DNA from: Mobula hypostoma
Lineage: Eukaryota
Assembly: GCF_963921235.1 (NCBI RefSeq)
Contig: NC_086097.1
Span: 104,348,001-104,412,000, forward strand
Length of the DNA stretch: 64,000 nucleotides
Direction of reading: 5' to 3'
Each line of letters starts with the position of its first letter. Position 1 is the stretch's first letter. Both the position numbers and the translations under genes were made by a program. The notes below the pieces were generated by a model. That model was not told the DNA's origin, ran no database searches, and was given only the letters and a program-made list of their open reading frames with translations. Positions 11,760 through 25,367 of this stretch are shown one piece after another.

Positions 11760-14700
11760 GGAGAGAATATATTAGACCCGCTCTATAACAACATTCATGG
11801 AGCCTGCTAGGCTACCTCTACTCAAACCACAGATCCATTTTGCTAATCCCTGCATAAAGTCCACTGGTTAAACAAGTCAAACCAATTTACAGGGAGATCA
11901 GGGCCTGGCCAGAAGTTGCCACCTGCAGTGTGAACAGCTACAGAACTGGATTGGAGCATATTCAGGAAGGCAGCTGCCTATGATCATCATGTCAACATTG
12001 ATAAATATGCAGGATCGGGACTGGCTACAAAGGAAATTACAGTGATTAAACACTGCACTGCCAGGACAAACCTGCAGAGGTTTGTGCACTACTTGGGGAT
12101 TGGATACTGCCTTCAGATCGTGGGACAGGATAACTCTAAGGTCAACAGGAGCCATGCTCTGGTATGCCATCAAGAAGGCAAAGGGAGAGTACTCTCAACA
12201 AATTCAAACACCAGGGACACGGGACACACAGTGCATGTGGCAAGGTTTTACAAGCCATAACAGATTACAAGTCCACCCTGTGCATCAATGATAGTAATGC
12301 CTCCCTTCCTGGTGGGCTATGATTGGTTTGACACAATGAATGATGCAATATTGAGGAAAGCCCTCTCCTACCTGAGGAACAGCCAAGGAGGGAGAGAGAA
12401 ACCGGGGAATTACAGACCGGTTAGCCTAACGTCGGTGGTGAGGAAAATGCTAGAGTCAGTTATCAAAGATGTGATAACAGCACATTTGGAAAGTGGTGAA
12501 ATCATCGGACAAAGTCAGCATGGATTTGTGAAAGGAAAATCATGTCTGACGAATCTCATAGAATCTTTTGAGGATATAACTAGTAGAGTGGATAGGGGAG
12601 AACCCGTGGATGTGGTATATTTGGATTTTCAAAAGGCTTTTGACAAGGTCCCACACAGGAGATTAGTGTGCGAACTTAAAGCACACAGTATTGGGTGTAA
12701 GGTATTGATGTGGATAGAGAATTGGTTGGCAGGCAGGAAGCAAAGAGTGGGAATAAATGGGACCTTTTCAGAATGGCAGGCAGTGACTAGTGGGGTACCG
12801 CAAGGCTCAGTGCTGGGACCCCAGTTGTTTACAATATATATTAATGACTTAGATGAGGGAATTAAATGCAGCATCTCCAAGTTTGCGGATGACACGAAGC
12901 TGGGCGGCAGTGTTAGCTGTGAGGAGGATGCTAAGAGGATGCAGGGTGACTTGGATAGGTTAGGTGAGTGGGCAAATTCATGGCAGATGCAATTTAATGT
13001 GGATAAATATGAGGTTATCCACTTTGGTGGCAAAAACAGGAAAACAGATTATTATCTGAATGGTGGCGGATTAGGAAAAGGGGAGGTGCAACGAGACCTG
13101 GGTGTCATTATACACCAGTCATTGAAAGTGGGCATGCAGGTACAGCAGGCGGTGAAAAAGGCGAATGGTATGCTGGCATTCATAGCAAGAGGATTCGAGT
13201 ACAGGAGCAGGGAGGTACTACTGCAGTTGTATAAGGCCTTGGTGAGACCACACCTGGAGTATTGTGTGCAGTTTTGGTCCCCTAATCTGAGGAAAGAATC
13301 CTTGCCATAGAGGGAGTACAAAGAAGGTTCACCAGATTGATTCCTGGGATGGCAGGACTTTCATATGATGAAAGACTGGATTGACTAGGCTTATACTCAT
13401 TGGAATTTAGAAGATTGAGGGGGGATCTTATTGAAACGTATAAAATCCTAAAGGGATTGGACAGGCTAGATGCAGGAAGATTGTTCCCGATGTTGGGGAA
13501 GTCCAGAACGAGGGGTCACAGTCTGAGGATAAAGGGGAAGCCTTTTAGGACCGAGATGAGGAAAAACTTCTTCACACAGAGAGTGGTGAATCTGTGGAAT
13601 TCTCTGCCACAGGAAACAGTTGAGGCCAGTTCATTGGCTATATTTAAGAGGGAGTTAGATATGGCCCTTGTGGCTACGGGGATCAGGGGGTATGGAGGGA
13701 AGGCTGGGGCGGGGTTCTGAGTTGGATGATCAGCCATGATCATAATAAATGGCGGTGCAGGCTCGAAGGGCCGAATGGCCTACTCCTGCACCTATTTTCT
13801 ATGTTTCTATTTGAGGAGAATCCTTGCCAGGGTAAACCCACACAAAGTTGTGGGGCTGGACCTGTTGGATGCTCAGGGTTTGTGTGGGCCACTTTGCAGC
13901 AGTCCACTGCCCCACAGTCCATTAAGGCAGCCACCATATTCTGGTGCCGAAAATAACTGATCTAACGATTACCACCCAGTGGCCCTGACCACAGCAGTCA
14001 TGAAGTGCTTTGAGCAGCTGATAATGGATTATACAAAATCCCACTTTCCAGCCACATTAGACCCTTTCCCATTTGCTTGCTGCTCAAGCCAATGCGCTGA
14101 CAATGCTATTGCCTTGGTCCTTCACTCCATCCTGTCCTACCTAGAACACAATGCCTCCTGTGGCAGGGTGTTGATCATTGACTTCAGATCGAGATTTAAT
14201 ACAATCATCCCTCAAAGGTTGTTCTTGGACTTTTTGGCAGTCAGTCTGAGTTGCCAGCAACATCTCAAGTTCATCACTGCAGACTCATAACTGCACTGCC
14301 AGGTCCATCTCAAACTACCTAATCAAGCTTGTTGATGATACAACAGTGGTTGGCGTCATGAGCAACAATAATGAGTCGGCATACAGGGAGGAGGTGGAGT
14401 GGCTTGTGAGAACAACAATCTGAGTCTTAACGTAGACAAGACAAAAGAGATGATTGTGAACTTTAGGAAAGTACAAGTCGATCTCTGTCCATTGCATGTC
14501 AATGGCTCTTCCGTGCAGACAGTGAAGGTCCCTTGGTTTGCACATAATGACGATCTAACCTGGGCCCACACACATATTAGTCAAGAAGGCACAGCAGTGT
14601 ATACGCTTTCTGAGGAGATTGAGACATGCAAGGTTGCCCACCCCCATTCTAATGACTTTCTACAAAAGCACCATCAACGGTATCTTGTCTGGCTGCATCA

Positions 14701-15060
14701 TTATGTGGTATGGGAGCTGCAAGGCATCAGGCCACAAGATCCGGCAGAGGGTCTTCCTCTCCCCTATTTATGTCTTTAACCCACTACCATCAGGAAGGAT
14801 GTGCAGGAATATCAGGACTAGGACTGACAGACTGGATAACAACTTCTCTCAGGCTGAGAGACTAATGAATACCCTGCCAACACTGAAGTCTTATCACTAG
14901 AACAGCAAGCTGTTTACTGTACTGTTTGCTACGTGAGATATTTGTTTTGTGGGTGACAGTGGTCTGGAGGAACAGTTTTATTTGGTTGAATATGTGTTTG
15001 GAAATCTAAAATTTGCTCTTTTTTTCTGACACACTAATGCAGAAGACAACAAATAAACAC
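11760..15060 (+). mobile_element. Decayed Rex1/Babar-type non-LTR element, split by CR1 at 12385-13810
   Basis: NDYHPVALTTAVMKCFEQL...TLDPFPFA...LIIDF..FNTIIP, NNLSLNVDKTKEMIVNFRK, CIIMWYGSC: Rex1/Babar RT signature. Confidence 0.8.
12385..13810 (+). mobile_element. Young CR1 subfamily copy, 5'-truncated
   Basis: Nearly intact RT, visibly near-identical to 44914-47123 and 57475-60915; TTTTCTATGTTTCTAT tail. Confidence 0.96.
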
Positions 15061-15129
15061 CTAAAACATAATCTATATGAAAAAATCTAGGGTGGTTAAG
15101 ACTCTGTCGATAGAGTATGTAAGACATCG

Positions 15130-17470
15130 CTCATGGCAATTTGGTGTTTTGGAAAAAGATAAGTCTGGTCTATGGGTTGAGATTCTAAATTGGAGAAAAG
15201 CCAATTTTGATGGTATCAGAATTGATTTGGTGAATATGGATTGGGACAGGCTGTTTTCTGACAAAGCTATACTTCATAACTGAGGGGCCTTCAAAAGTGA
15301 AATGTTGAGAGTAAAAAGCTTGTATGTGCCTGTCAGAATAAAGGGTAAAGATAACAGGTTTAAGGAATTTTGGGTTTCAAGAGATATTTAAGCCCTGTTT
15401 AAGAAAAAAAAAGAAGTGGTGCATAGCAGGTATGCAAGGTAGAAACAAATGGGGTACTTAATGGAGCATAAGAAATGAAAGAGAACACTTAAGAAAGAAA
15501 TCAGGAAGGTTAAAGGAAGGCATGAGGAGACAAGGTGAAGGAAAATCCTAAGGGATTCTACAGATGTGTTAAGAGTAAAAGGATACCAAGGGACAAAATT
15601 GGTCCTCTGGAAGATCAGAATGGCAATCCATGCATGGAGCTGAAGGAGATGGGGGAGACCTTAAATGGATTTTTTGCATCTGTATTTACTTGGCAGATGG
15701 ACATAGACTCACTAGAAGTGAGGCAAAGCAGCACCAAGGTTATGGATCCTAAACAGATTACAGAGGAGGAGATGTTTGCTGCCTTGAGGCAAATTAGGTG
15801 GATAAATCTCCAGGGCCTGACAAGGTGTTCCCTTGAACCTGTGGAATACAAGTGCAGAAAGTGCAGGGGCCCCAGCAGAGAGATTTAAATCATCTTTGGC
15901 AACCAATGAGGTACTGGAGGATTGGAGGACAGCTCATGTTTTACTGCTTTTTAAGGAAGGCTCTAAAGGTAAACTTGGAAATTGTAGACCAGTGAGCCTG
16001 ACATTAGTAGTAGGAAAGATATTGGTAGGTATCCCAAGAGACCAGATATATGAATATTTGAATAGACATGGACTGATTAGTTATAGTCTGCATAGCTTTA
16101 TACATGGTAAGTTGTATCTAACCAATCTTATAGAGCTTTTCGAGGAAATTATCAGGATCAGATGAAGGCAAAGTAGTGGATGTTGTCTACATGGACATGA
16201 GCAAGGCATTTGACAAGGTTCCACATGGGAGGTTGGTCAAGAAGGTTCAGTCACCCTGCATTCAAGATGAGTTGGATTAGACGTTAGCTTTGTGAGAGAA
16301 ATCAGAATCAGGTTTAATATCACTGGCATGTATCTGAAATTCTGCCAACAAAGGTTGTATCATCAGCAAATTTATAATTGGCATTTGAGCTGTGCCTACC
16401 ACAGTCATGGGTGTAGAGAGGCTAGAGCATTGGGCTAAGCACACTTCCCTGAGGTGCGCCAGAGAGTGGTAGTAGATGATTGCTTCTCTGGAGGCCTCTG
16501 GAGTGGAGTTCTGCAGGGATCAGTGCTGGGTCCTTTGTTGTTGTTTGTCATCTATATCAACGATCTGGATGATAATGTGGTTAACTGGATTAACAAATTT
16601 GCAGATGAAACCAAGATTGGGGAGTGTAGTGCATAGCGAGGAAGACTATTAGAGCTTGCAATAGCATCTGGACTAGCTGGGAAAATGGGCTAAAAATGGC
16701 AGATAGAATTTAATTCAGACAAGTGCAAAGCAATGTACTTCGGTAGGACCAACCAGGGTAGGTCTTATACAGTAAGCAGTAGGGCACTGAGGAGTGCAGT
16801 AGGACAAAGGGATCTGGGAGTTCAGGTCCAATTCATTGAAAGTGGCAGCACATGTAAATAAGCTCGTAATAAGTCAAGGTATTGAGTACAGGAGATGAGA
16901 TGTTATATTGAAGTTATATAAAACATTGGTGAAGCCTAACTTGGAGTATTGCCTGCAGTTTTAGTCACCTACCTGCAGGAAAGACGTAAATAAGTTTAAA
17001 AGAGTTCTGGGAAAATTTACAAGGTTTTTGCCAGGACTGGAGGACCTGAGTTATAAGGAAATAGATTGAATAGGTTAGGACTTTATTCCTTGGAACGTAG
17101 AAGATTAAGGGGAAATTTGATAGAGGTATACAAAATTATGAGGGGTATGGACAGGGTAAATGCAAGCAGGCCTTTTCCATTGAAGTTAGGTGGGACTACA
17201 ACTAAAGGTCATTGAAAGGTGAAAAGTTTAAGGGGAACATGAGGGGATAGTACTTCATTCAGAGGGTTGTGAGAGTGGAATGAACTGCCAGCACAAGTGG
17301 TGCATGGAAACTTTATTTCAACGTTTATGAGAAAGTTGGATAGGTACATTGATGGCAGGGGGATGGAGGGCTATGGTCTGGGTGCAGGTTGATGGGCGTA
17401 GGCAGATTGTGGTTTGGCACAGACTAGATGGGCTGCAGGGCCTGTTTGCTGTATTTTTGTATGACTCTCT
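15130..17470 (+). mobile_element. Decayed CR1 ORF2, with a small antisense Rex1-like piece at ~16300-16455
   Basis: NWRKANFD, KENPKGFY, RPVSLT, QGSVLGP, KFADETK fragments with many frameshifts. Confidence 0.85.
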
Positions 17471-17521
17471 GACCCTACTGTATGTCATAATGACAAAATT
17501 GATGGATTTGTGGCCACGTTT

Positions 17522-20500
17522 CAGAGAAATTTGGAGAAGGAAGTCTGAGAATCGGAGCGGGAGTGCGGAGGAAGCCATTTTGAAGTTTTTGGGTTTTTAT
17601 CGTCGGCGTTCAGAGAGGCGGGACTGCGCGGGCGTGTGACGGGCAGTGAAGCGTGGAAGATTTAAAAGGACAGAAATCCTGATTTGGGTTTAATTTGGAG
17701 AAGGAAGTCTGAGAATCAGAGCGGGAGTGTGGAGGAAGCCATTTTGATTTTTTCGGGTTTTTTTCATCGGCGTTCAGAGAGGCGGGACTGCGCAGGCGTG
17801 TGACGTCGGGCAGTGAAGCGTGAAAGGTTTAAAAGCAACACAGCTTTATACAGCGGGCAGCATCGTTTTGTGGGCTGCAGAGTGAGCTGGGAGCAGAGAG
17901 AAGGCTTAAGGGCTTTGGCAAAACGGGCGAGGCGAGGAAGGTTGGGTATTCATTTTTTGTTGTTATTTGAGGAGGGGGGCAGCTTGTTGTTCTCAGTGCC
18001 GGATGTGGGAGGTCGTGGAGTCTCCCAGCCTCCCGGACGTCCACATCTGCGCCAGGTCAGTGAGGAGTTGATAGAGAGGAGTTACAGGCAGGTGGTCACA
18101 CTGGGGCCACAGGAGGCAGGCAAGTGGGTCACGGTTAGGAGGGGTAGAGGAAGAGTCAGGTAATAGAAATTACCCTAGTGGCTGTGCCCCTTGACAATAA
18201 GTACTCCTGTTTGAGTACTGTTGGGGGGGACAGCTTACCTGGGGGAAGCAACAGTGGCCGTGCCTCCGGCATAGAGTCCGGCCCTCTGGGAAAAAGTAGG
18301 GAAAGGAAGAAGAAGGCAGTAGTAATGGGGGACTCAATAGGGGATCAGATAGGCGATTCTATGGATGCAGTCCGGAGACCCAGATGGTAGTTTGCCTCCC
18401 TGGTGCCAGGGTCCGGGATGTTTCTGATCGCGTCCAAGATATCCTGAAGTGAGAGGGAGAGGAGCCAGAGGTCGTGGTACATATGGTACCAATGACATAG
18501 TTAGGAAAAGGGGAGAGGGCCTGAAAGGAGAATATAGGGAGTTAGGAAGGGAGTTGAGAAAAAGGACCGCAAAGGTAGTAATCTCGGGATTACTGCCTGT
18601 GCCACATGACAGTGAGAGTAGGAACGCAATGAGGTGGAGGATAAATGCATGGCTGAGGGATTGGAGCAGGGGGCAGGGATTCAAGTTTTTGGATCATTGG
18701 GACCTCTTTTGGCACAGGTGTGACCTGTACAAAAAGGACGGGTTACACTTGAATCCTAGGGGGACCAATATCCTCGCGGGGAGATTTGCGAGGGCTACTG
18801 AGGTGACTTTAAACTAGAATGGTTGTTGGGGTGGGAATCAAGTTAAGGAGAGTAGGAGAGAGGAGGTTAGTTCACAAATAGAGAAAGCTAGTAGACAGTG
18901 TGTGAGGGAGGATAGGCAGGGGACAGAGATCAGGAGCATTCAGACCAAAGATGTAGGGGACAAGGAAGAAAAAGATAACAAATTGTTTGCTCCATTAAGG
19001 ATAAACAGAGAGTAAGAGGTGGAGGGTTTCTTAAATGCATCTATTTTAATGCTTGGAGCATTGTAAGAAAGGTGGATGAGCTGAGAGCATGGATTGATAC
19101 CTGGAAATATGATGTTGTAGCTATTAGTGAAACGTGGTTGCAGGAGGGGTGTGATTGGCAACTAAATATTCCAGGATTTCGTTGCTTCAGGTGTGATAGA
19201 ATAGGAGGGACAAGAGGGGGAGGTGTTGCATTGCTTGTCAGAGAAAATATAACAGCGGTGCTCTGGCAGGATAGATTAGTGGACTCGTCTAGGGAGGCTA
19301 TTTGGGTGGAATTGAGGAATGGGAAAGGTGTGGTGACACTTATAGAGGTATATTATAGACCACCTGATGGGGACCGAGAACTGGAGGAGCAAACTTGTAA
19401 GGAGATAGCAGATATTTGTAGTAAGCACAAGGTTGTGATTGTGGGAGATATTAATTTTCCACACATAGACTGGGAAGCCCATTCTGTAAAAGGGCTGGAT
19501 GGTTTGGAGTTTGTCAAATGCGTGCAAGATAGTTTTTTGCAGCAATACGTAGGGGTACCAACTAGAGAAGGGGCAGCGTTGGATCTCCTGTTAGGGAATG
19601 AAATAGGGCAGGTGATGGAGGTATGTGTTGGGGAGCACTTCGGGTCCAGTGATCACAATACCATTAGTTTCAATATAATTATGGAGAAGGATAGGCCTGG
19701 ACCCAGGGTTGAGGTTTTTGATTGGAGAAAGGCTAACTTTGAGGAGATGCGAAAGGATTTAGAAGGAGTGGATTGGGACAATTTGTTTTATGGGAAGGAT
19801 GTAATAGAGAAATGGAGGTCATTTAAAGGTGAAATTTTGAGGGTACAGGATCTTTATGTTCCTGTTAGGTTGAAAGGAAAAGTTAAAAGTTTGAGAGAGC
19901 CATGGTTTTCAAAGAATATAGGAAAATTGGTTCGGAAAAAGAGAGGGATCTACAATAAATATAGGCAGCTTAGAGTTAATGAGGTGCTTGAGGAGTATAA
20001 AGAATGTAAAGAGAATCTTAGGAAAGAAATTAGAAAAGCTAAAAGAAGACATGAGGTTGCTTTGGCAAGTAAGGTGAAAATAAATCCAAAGGGTTTCTAC
20101 AGTTATATTAATAGTAAAAGGATAGTGAGGGATAAAATTGGTCCCTTGGAGAATCAGAGTGGATGGCTATGTGCGGAGCCGAAAGAGATGGGGGAGATTT
20201 TGAACAACTTCTTTTCTTCGGTATTCACTAAGGAGAAGGATATTGAATTGTGTAAGGTAAAGGAAACAAGAAGGGTAGTTATGGAAAATATGACGATTAA
20301 AGAAGAGGAAGTACTGGCGCTTTTAAGGAATATAAAAGTGGATAAGTCTCCGGGTCCAGACAAGATATTCCCTTGGACCTTGAAGGAAGTTAGTGTGGAA
20401 ATAGCAGGGGCTCTGACAGAAATATTTCAAATGTCATTAGAAACAGGGATGGTGCCGGATGATTGGCGTATTGCTCATTTGGTTCCATTGTTTAAAAAGG

Positions 20501-21824
20501 GTTCTAAGAGTAAACTGAGCAATTATCGGCCTGTGAGTTTGACGTCAGTGGTGGGCAAATTGATGGAAATTGTTCTTAGAGATGATATATATAATTATCT
20601 GGATAGACAGAGTCTGATTAGGAACAGTGAACATGGATTTGTGTGTGGAAGGTCATGTTTGATAAATCTTACTGAATTTTTTGATGAGGTTACTAGGGAA
20701 GTTGACGAGGGTAAAGCGGTGGATGTTGTCTATATGGACTTCAGTAAGGCCTTTGACAAGGTTCCACACGGAAGGTTAGTTAGGAAGGTTCAATTGTTAG
20801 GCATTAATATCAAAGTAGCAAAATGGATTCAGCAGTGGCTGGATGGGAGACGCCGGAGAGTAGTGGTGGTTAATGATCTGGATGATGGGATGGTAAATTG
20901 GATTAGTAAGTATGCAGATGATACTAAGATAGGTGGCGTTGTAGATAATGAAGTAGGTTTTCAAAGCTTGCAGAGAGATTTAGGCCAGTTAGAAGAGTGG
21001 GCTGAAAGATGGCAGATGGAGTTTAATGCTGAAAAATGTGAGGTGCTACATTTTGGTAGGACTAATCAAAATAGGACATACATGATAAATGGTAGGGCAT
21101 TGAAGAATGCTGTAGAACAGAGGGATCTAGGAATAATGATGCATAGTTCCCTGAAGGTGGAATCTCATGTGGATAGGGTGGTGAAGAAAGCTTTTGGTAT
21201 GCTGGCCTTTATTAATCAGAGCATTGAGTATAGGAGTTGGGATGTAATGTTGAAATTGTATAAGGCATTGGTCAGGCCAAATTTGGAGTATTGTGTACAG
21301 TTCTGGTCACGGAATTATAGGAAAGATGTCAATAAAATTGAGAGAGTACAGAAGAGATTTACGAAAATGTTGCCTGGGTTTCATCTCCTAAGTTACAGAG
21401 AAAGCTTGAACAAGTTAGGTCTTTATTGTTTGGAGCGTAGAAGGTTGAGGGGGGACTTGATAGAGGTGTTTAAAGTTATGAGGGTGATTGATAGAGTTGA
21501 CGCGATAGGCTTTTTCCATTGAGAATGGGGGAGATTCAGACAAGAGGACATGAGTTGAGAGTTAAAGGGCAAAGGTTTAGGGGGAGCTTCTTTACTCAGA
21601 GAGTGGTAGCTGTGTGGAATGAGCTTCCAGCAGAAGTGGTTGAGGCAGGTTTGATGTTGTCGTTTAAATTTAAATTGGATAGATATATGGGCAGGGAAGG
21701 AATGGAGGGTTATGGGCTGAGTGCAGGTCGGTGGGACTTGGTGAGAGTAAGAGTTCGGCACGGACTAGAAGGGCCGAGATGGCCTGTTGTGTAATTGTTG
21801 CTGTAATTGTTCTATGGTTATATG
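17522..21824 (+). mobile_element. Near full-length CR1: duplicated 5'UTR, disrupted ORF1 (CxxC + SGNH esterase), ORF2, tail
   Basis: CpG-rich 5'UTR; ORF1 pieces CSQC..HICAR, VMGDS, CLPGA, GTND, DGLHL; ORF2 19072-21522; tail gttctatggttatatg. The host CR1 reads through on both flanks (gtggccacgttt | tttgtggac). Confidence 0.95.
19072..21522 (+). pseudogene. CR1 ORF2, 816-aa open frame lacking the RT GVPQGS motif
   Basis: APE endonuclease (SETWL, SDH) and YADD present; RRRVVVV joins directly to NDLDDG at ~20869. Confidence 0.9.
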
Positions 21825-24110
21825 ATTTGTGGACAATGCGAAGATGAATGGAGGGGCAGGTAGTGTTGAGGAGATAGGGGATCTGCTGAAGGACTTAGGA
21901 GAATGGGCAAGGAAGTGGCAGAAAGAGTATAGTGTAGGGAAGTGTATAGTAATAAAGTTGTAAACTGTTATCTAAATGAGAGAATTCAGAAATCAGAGGT
22001 GCAAACGGACTTGGTTGGAAGTCATTGTGCAGGATTTCTAAAGGTTAACTTGCAGGTTAAGTCAGTTGTAAGGAAGGCAAATGCAGTGTTAGCATTCATT
22101 TTGAGAGGGAGTAGAGATGGCCCAGGAAATTATTGACCAGTGAATCTTACTTCACTGGAGAAGATCCTGAGAGGCAGGATTTATGAACATTTGGAGAAGC
22201 AGCGGCCACTCCTATAGAGCAGAGGAGAAGATGGCGCGATGCAGCGCACAGTGGCCACTCAGGTGATGAATATCTGCTATCTGTCAAGTAGGGTGCCATG
22301 CACAATCCTGATTTGGTGGAGGCAGATGTGAGAAGCATGGAGAAACATCTGGTTAAACTTCTGAAATGCCTGTTTCGCTGCTGCTGCTATTGTGCGATTC
22401 AGAATCTCCAGAGGGGAAGGCCCCGAGACCTCGGGTTTGCTTGTTGCTTGGCGGCCGGGGCAGGGTCAAAGCGCTTGGCAGAGATGGTGCTCGGTGTCGG
22501 AAGACTGGTCGGAGGCTCGAAGTTTTCGGACGGGCTCAAAGTCGCCTGTGGTCAGGTGCTTCCAGGGTGCTGCATCGGCAAGTTTGCGGCACTGGAGGTT
22601 CATGGCAGGGAGAGTTTCTCTTTTCTACAGTCTGCATGAGATGATGGGGCTATCGGGACTGTAAGACTTATTTTTTTACTGTGCCCATAGTCTGCTCTTT
22701 ATCAAATTACTGTATTGCTTTGCACTGTTGTAACTATATGTTATAATAATATGGTTTTTGTCAATTTTAGTCTTGGTCTGTCTTGTGTTTCTGTGATATC
22801 ATACTGGAGGAACATTGTATCATTTCTTAATGCATACATTTCTAAATGACAATAAATGAGGACTGAGTCAGGCTTTTTCCACTGAGGCAAGGGGAGAAAA
22901 AAACCAGAGGACATGGGTTAAGGGTGAGGGGGGAAAAGTTTAAAGGGAACATTGAGGGGGCTTCTTCACACAGAGAGTGGTGGGAGTATGGAATGAGCTG
23001 CCAGACGAGGTGGTAAATGCGGGTTCTTTTTTAACATTTAAGAATAAATTGAACAGATACATGGATGGGAGGTGTATGGAGGGATATGGTCTGTGTGCAG
23101 GTCAGTGGGACTAGGCAGAAAATGGTTCGGCACAGCCAAGAAGGGCCAAAGGGCCTGTTTCTGTGCTGTAGTTTCTATGGTTCTATGTAGTGTATATGGA
23201 TTTCAGCAAGGCATTTGATAAGGCACCCCATCGAAGGCTTATTGAGAAAGTAAGGAGGCATGGGATCCAAGGGGACATTGCCTTCTGTGGGCAAGCCAGT
23301 TCTGGATCCACAAAGCAAAGAGCGGTTGTAGATGGGTCATATTCTGCATGGAGGTCGGTCACCAGTGGAGTGCCTCAGGGATCTGTTCTGGGACCCCTAC
23401 TCCTTAAGAAACTCCTGGACAGGTAAATGGAACTCAGAAAAATAGAGGTGATTTCTAAGGTAAGGACATGTTTAGCACAGCTTAATGGGCCGAAGGGCCT
23501 GTATTGTGCTGTAGGTTTTCTATGTTTCTATGACTAGAATACAAAAGCAAAGATGTAATGCTGAAGCTTTGGTCGGACCCCATTTTGGAGAGTTGTGAGC
23601 AGTTTTGGACCCCTTATCTAAGAAAGAATGCGTTGGCATTAGAGAGGGTCCAGAGGAGGTTCACGAGCATGATCCCAGAAATGAAAGACCAACATATGAG
23701 GGCCATTTGATGGCTCTGGGCCTGTTCTTGCTGGCGATTAGAAGCATGAAGGGAGATCTCATTGAAACATATTGAATATTGAAAGTGGAGTGGAGAAGAT
23801 ATTTCCTATAGTGGGGGGGGGGGGTTTAGGACCAAGGGCATAGCATCAGAATAGAAGGATGTCCCTTTAGAACAGAGATGAAGAATTCTTCAGCTGGAGA
23901 GTGGTGAGTCTATGGAATTCATTGCCACCAACGGCTATGGAGGCAAAGTCATTGGGTATATTTAAAGCAGAGATTGATAAGTTCTTGATTACTAAGAGTG
24001 TTAAAGTTACAGGTAGACGCCAGGAGAATGGTGTTGAGAGGGGTTGATGGTGTAATGGCAAAGCAGACTCTTATCAGCCAAATGGCCTAATTTTGCTCCT
24101 GTGTCTTATC
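21825..24110 (+). mobile_element. Older CR1 3' fragment hosting nested inserts (22106-23532)
   Basis: ...ANAVLAFILRG| at ~22107 resumes as |LEYKSKDVML at ~23533; 3'UTR ends cctgtgtcttat. Nested CR1 pieces at 22106-22198, 22869-23186, 23186-23532. Confidence 0.8.
22199..22868 (+). mobile_element. Unclassified non-coding retroelement-like insert
   Basis: Interrupts a CR1. Has AAGATGGCG near its start, a CpG-rich body, a T-rich 3' part and AATAAA at 22851; no meaningful ORF. Confidence 0.55.
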
Positions 24111-25367
24111 AGAGAAACATAGAAAACCTACAGCACAATACATGCCCTTCGGCCCACAAAGCTGTGCCGAACATGTCCCTACCTTAAAACTACCTAGGCT
24201 TTACCCATAGCCCTCTATTTTTCTAAGCTCCATGTAGCCATCCAGGAGCCTCTTAAAAGACCCTATCATTTCCGCCTCCACCACCACCACCACCGGCAGC
24301 CCATTCCACGCACTCACCACTCTCTGTGTTTAAAAAATCTTACCCCAGACATCTCCTCTGTACCTACTTCCAAGCATCTTAAAACTATGCCTTCTTGTGC
24401 TAGCCATTTCGGCCCTGGGGAAAAGCCTCCACTATCCACACGATCAATGCCTCTCATTATCTTGTACACCTCTTATCAGGTCACCTCTGATCGTCCGTCA
24501 CTCTAAGGAGAAAAGGCTGAGTTCACTCAACCTATTCTCATAAGGCATGCTCCCCAATCCAAGCAACATCCTTGTAAATCTCCTCTGCATCCTTTCTATG
24601 GTTTTCACATCCTTCCTATAGTGAGGTGACCAGAACTGAGCACAGTACTCCAAGTGGGGTCTGACCAGGGTCCTATATAGCTGTAACATTACCTCTTGGC
24701 TCTTAAACTCAATCCCACGATTGATGAAGGCCAATGCAATGTATGCCTTCTTAACCACAGAGTCAACCTGCATAGCAGCTTTGAGTGTCCTATGGACTCG
24801 GACCCCAAGATCCCTCTGATCCTCCACACTGCCAAGAGTCTTGCCATTAATACTATATTCTGCCATCATATTTGACCTACCAAAATGAACCACCTTACAC
24901 TTATCTGGATGGAACTCCATCTGCCACTTCGCAGCCCAGTTTTGCATCCTATCAATGTCCCGTTGTAACCTCTGACAGCCCTCCACACTATCCACACCTC
25001 CAACCTTTGTGTCATCAGCAAATTTACTAACCCATCCCTCCACTTCCTCATCCAAGTCATTTATAAAAATCACAAAGAGTAGGGGTCCCTGAACAGATCC
25101 CTGAGGCACACCACTGGTCACCAGCCTCCATGCAGAATATGACCCATCTACAACCACTCTTTGTCTTCTGTGGGCAAGCCAGTTTGGATCCACAAAGCAA
25201 TGTCCCCTTGGATCCCATGTTTCCTTAGTTTCTCAGTAAGCCTTATCAAATGCCTTGCTAAAATCCATATATACTACACCTAGGGCTCTACTTTCATCAA
25301 TGTGTTTAGTCACATCCTCAGCAAATTCAATCAGGCTCATAAGGCATGATCTGCCTTTGACAAAGCC

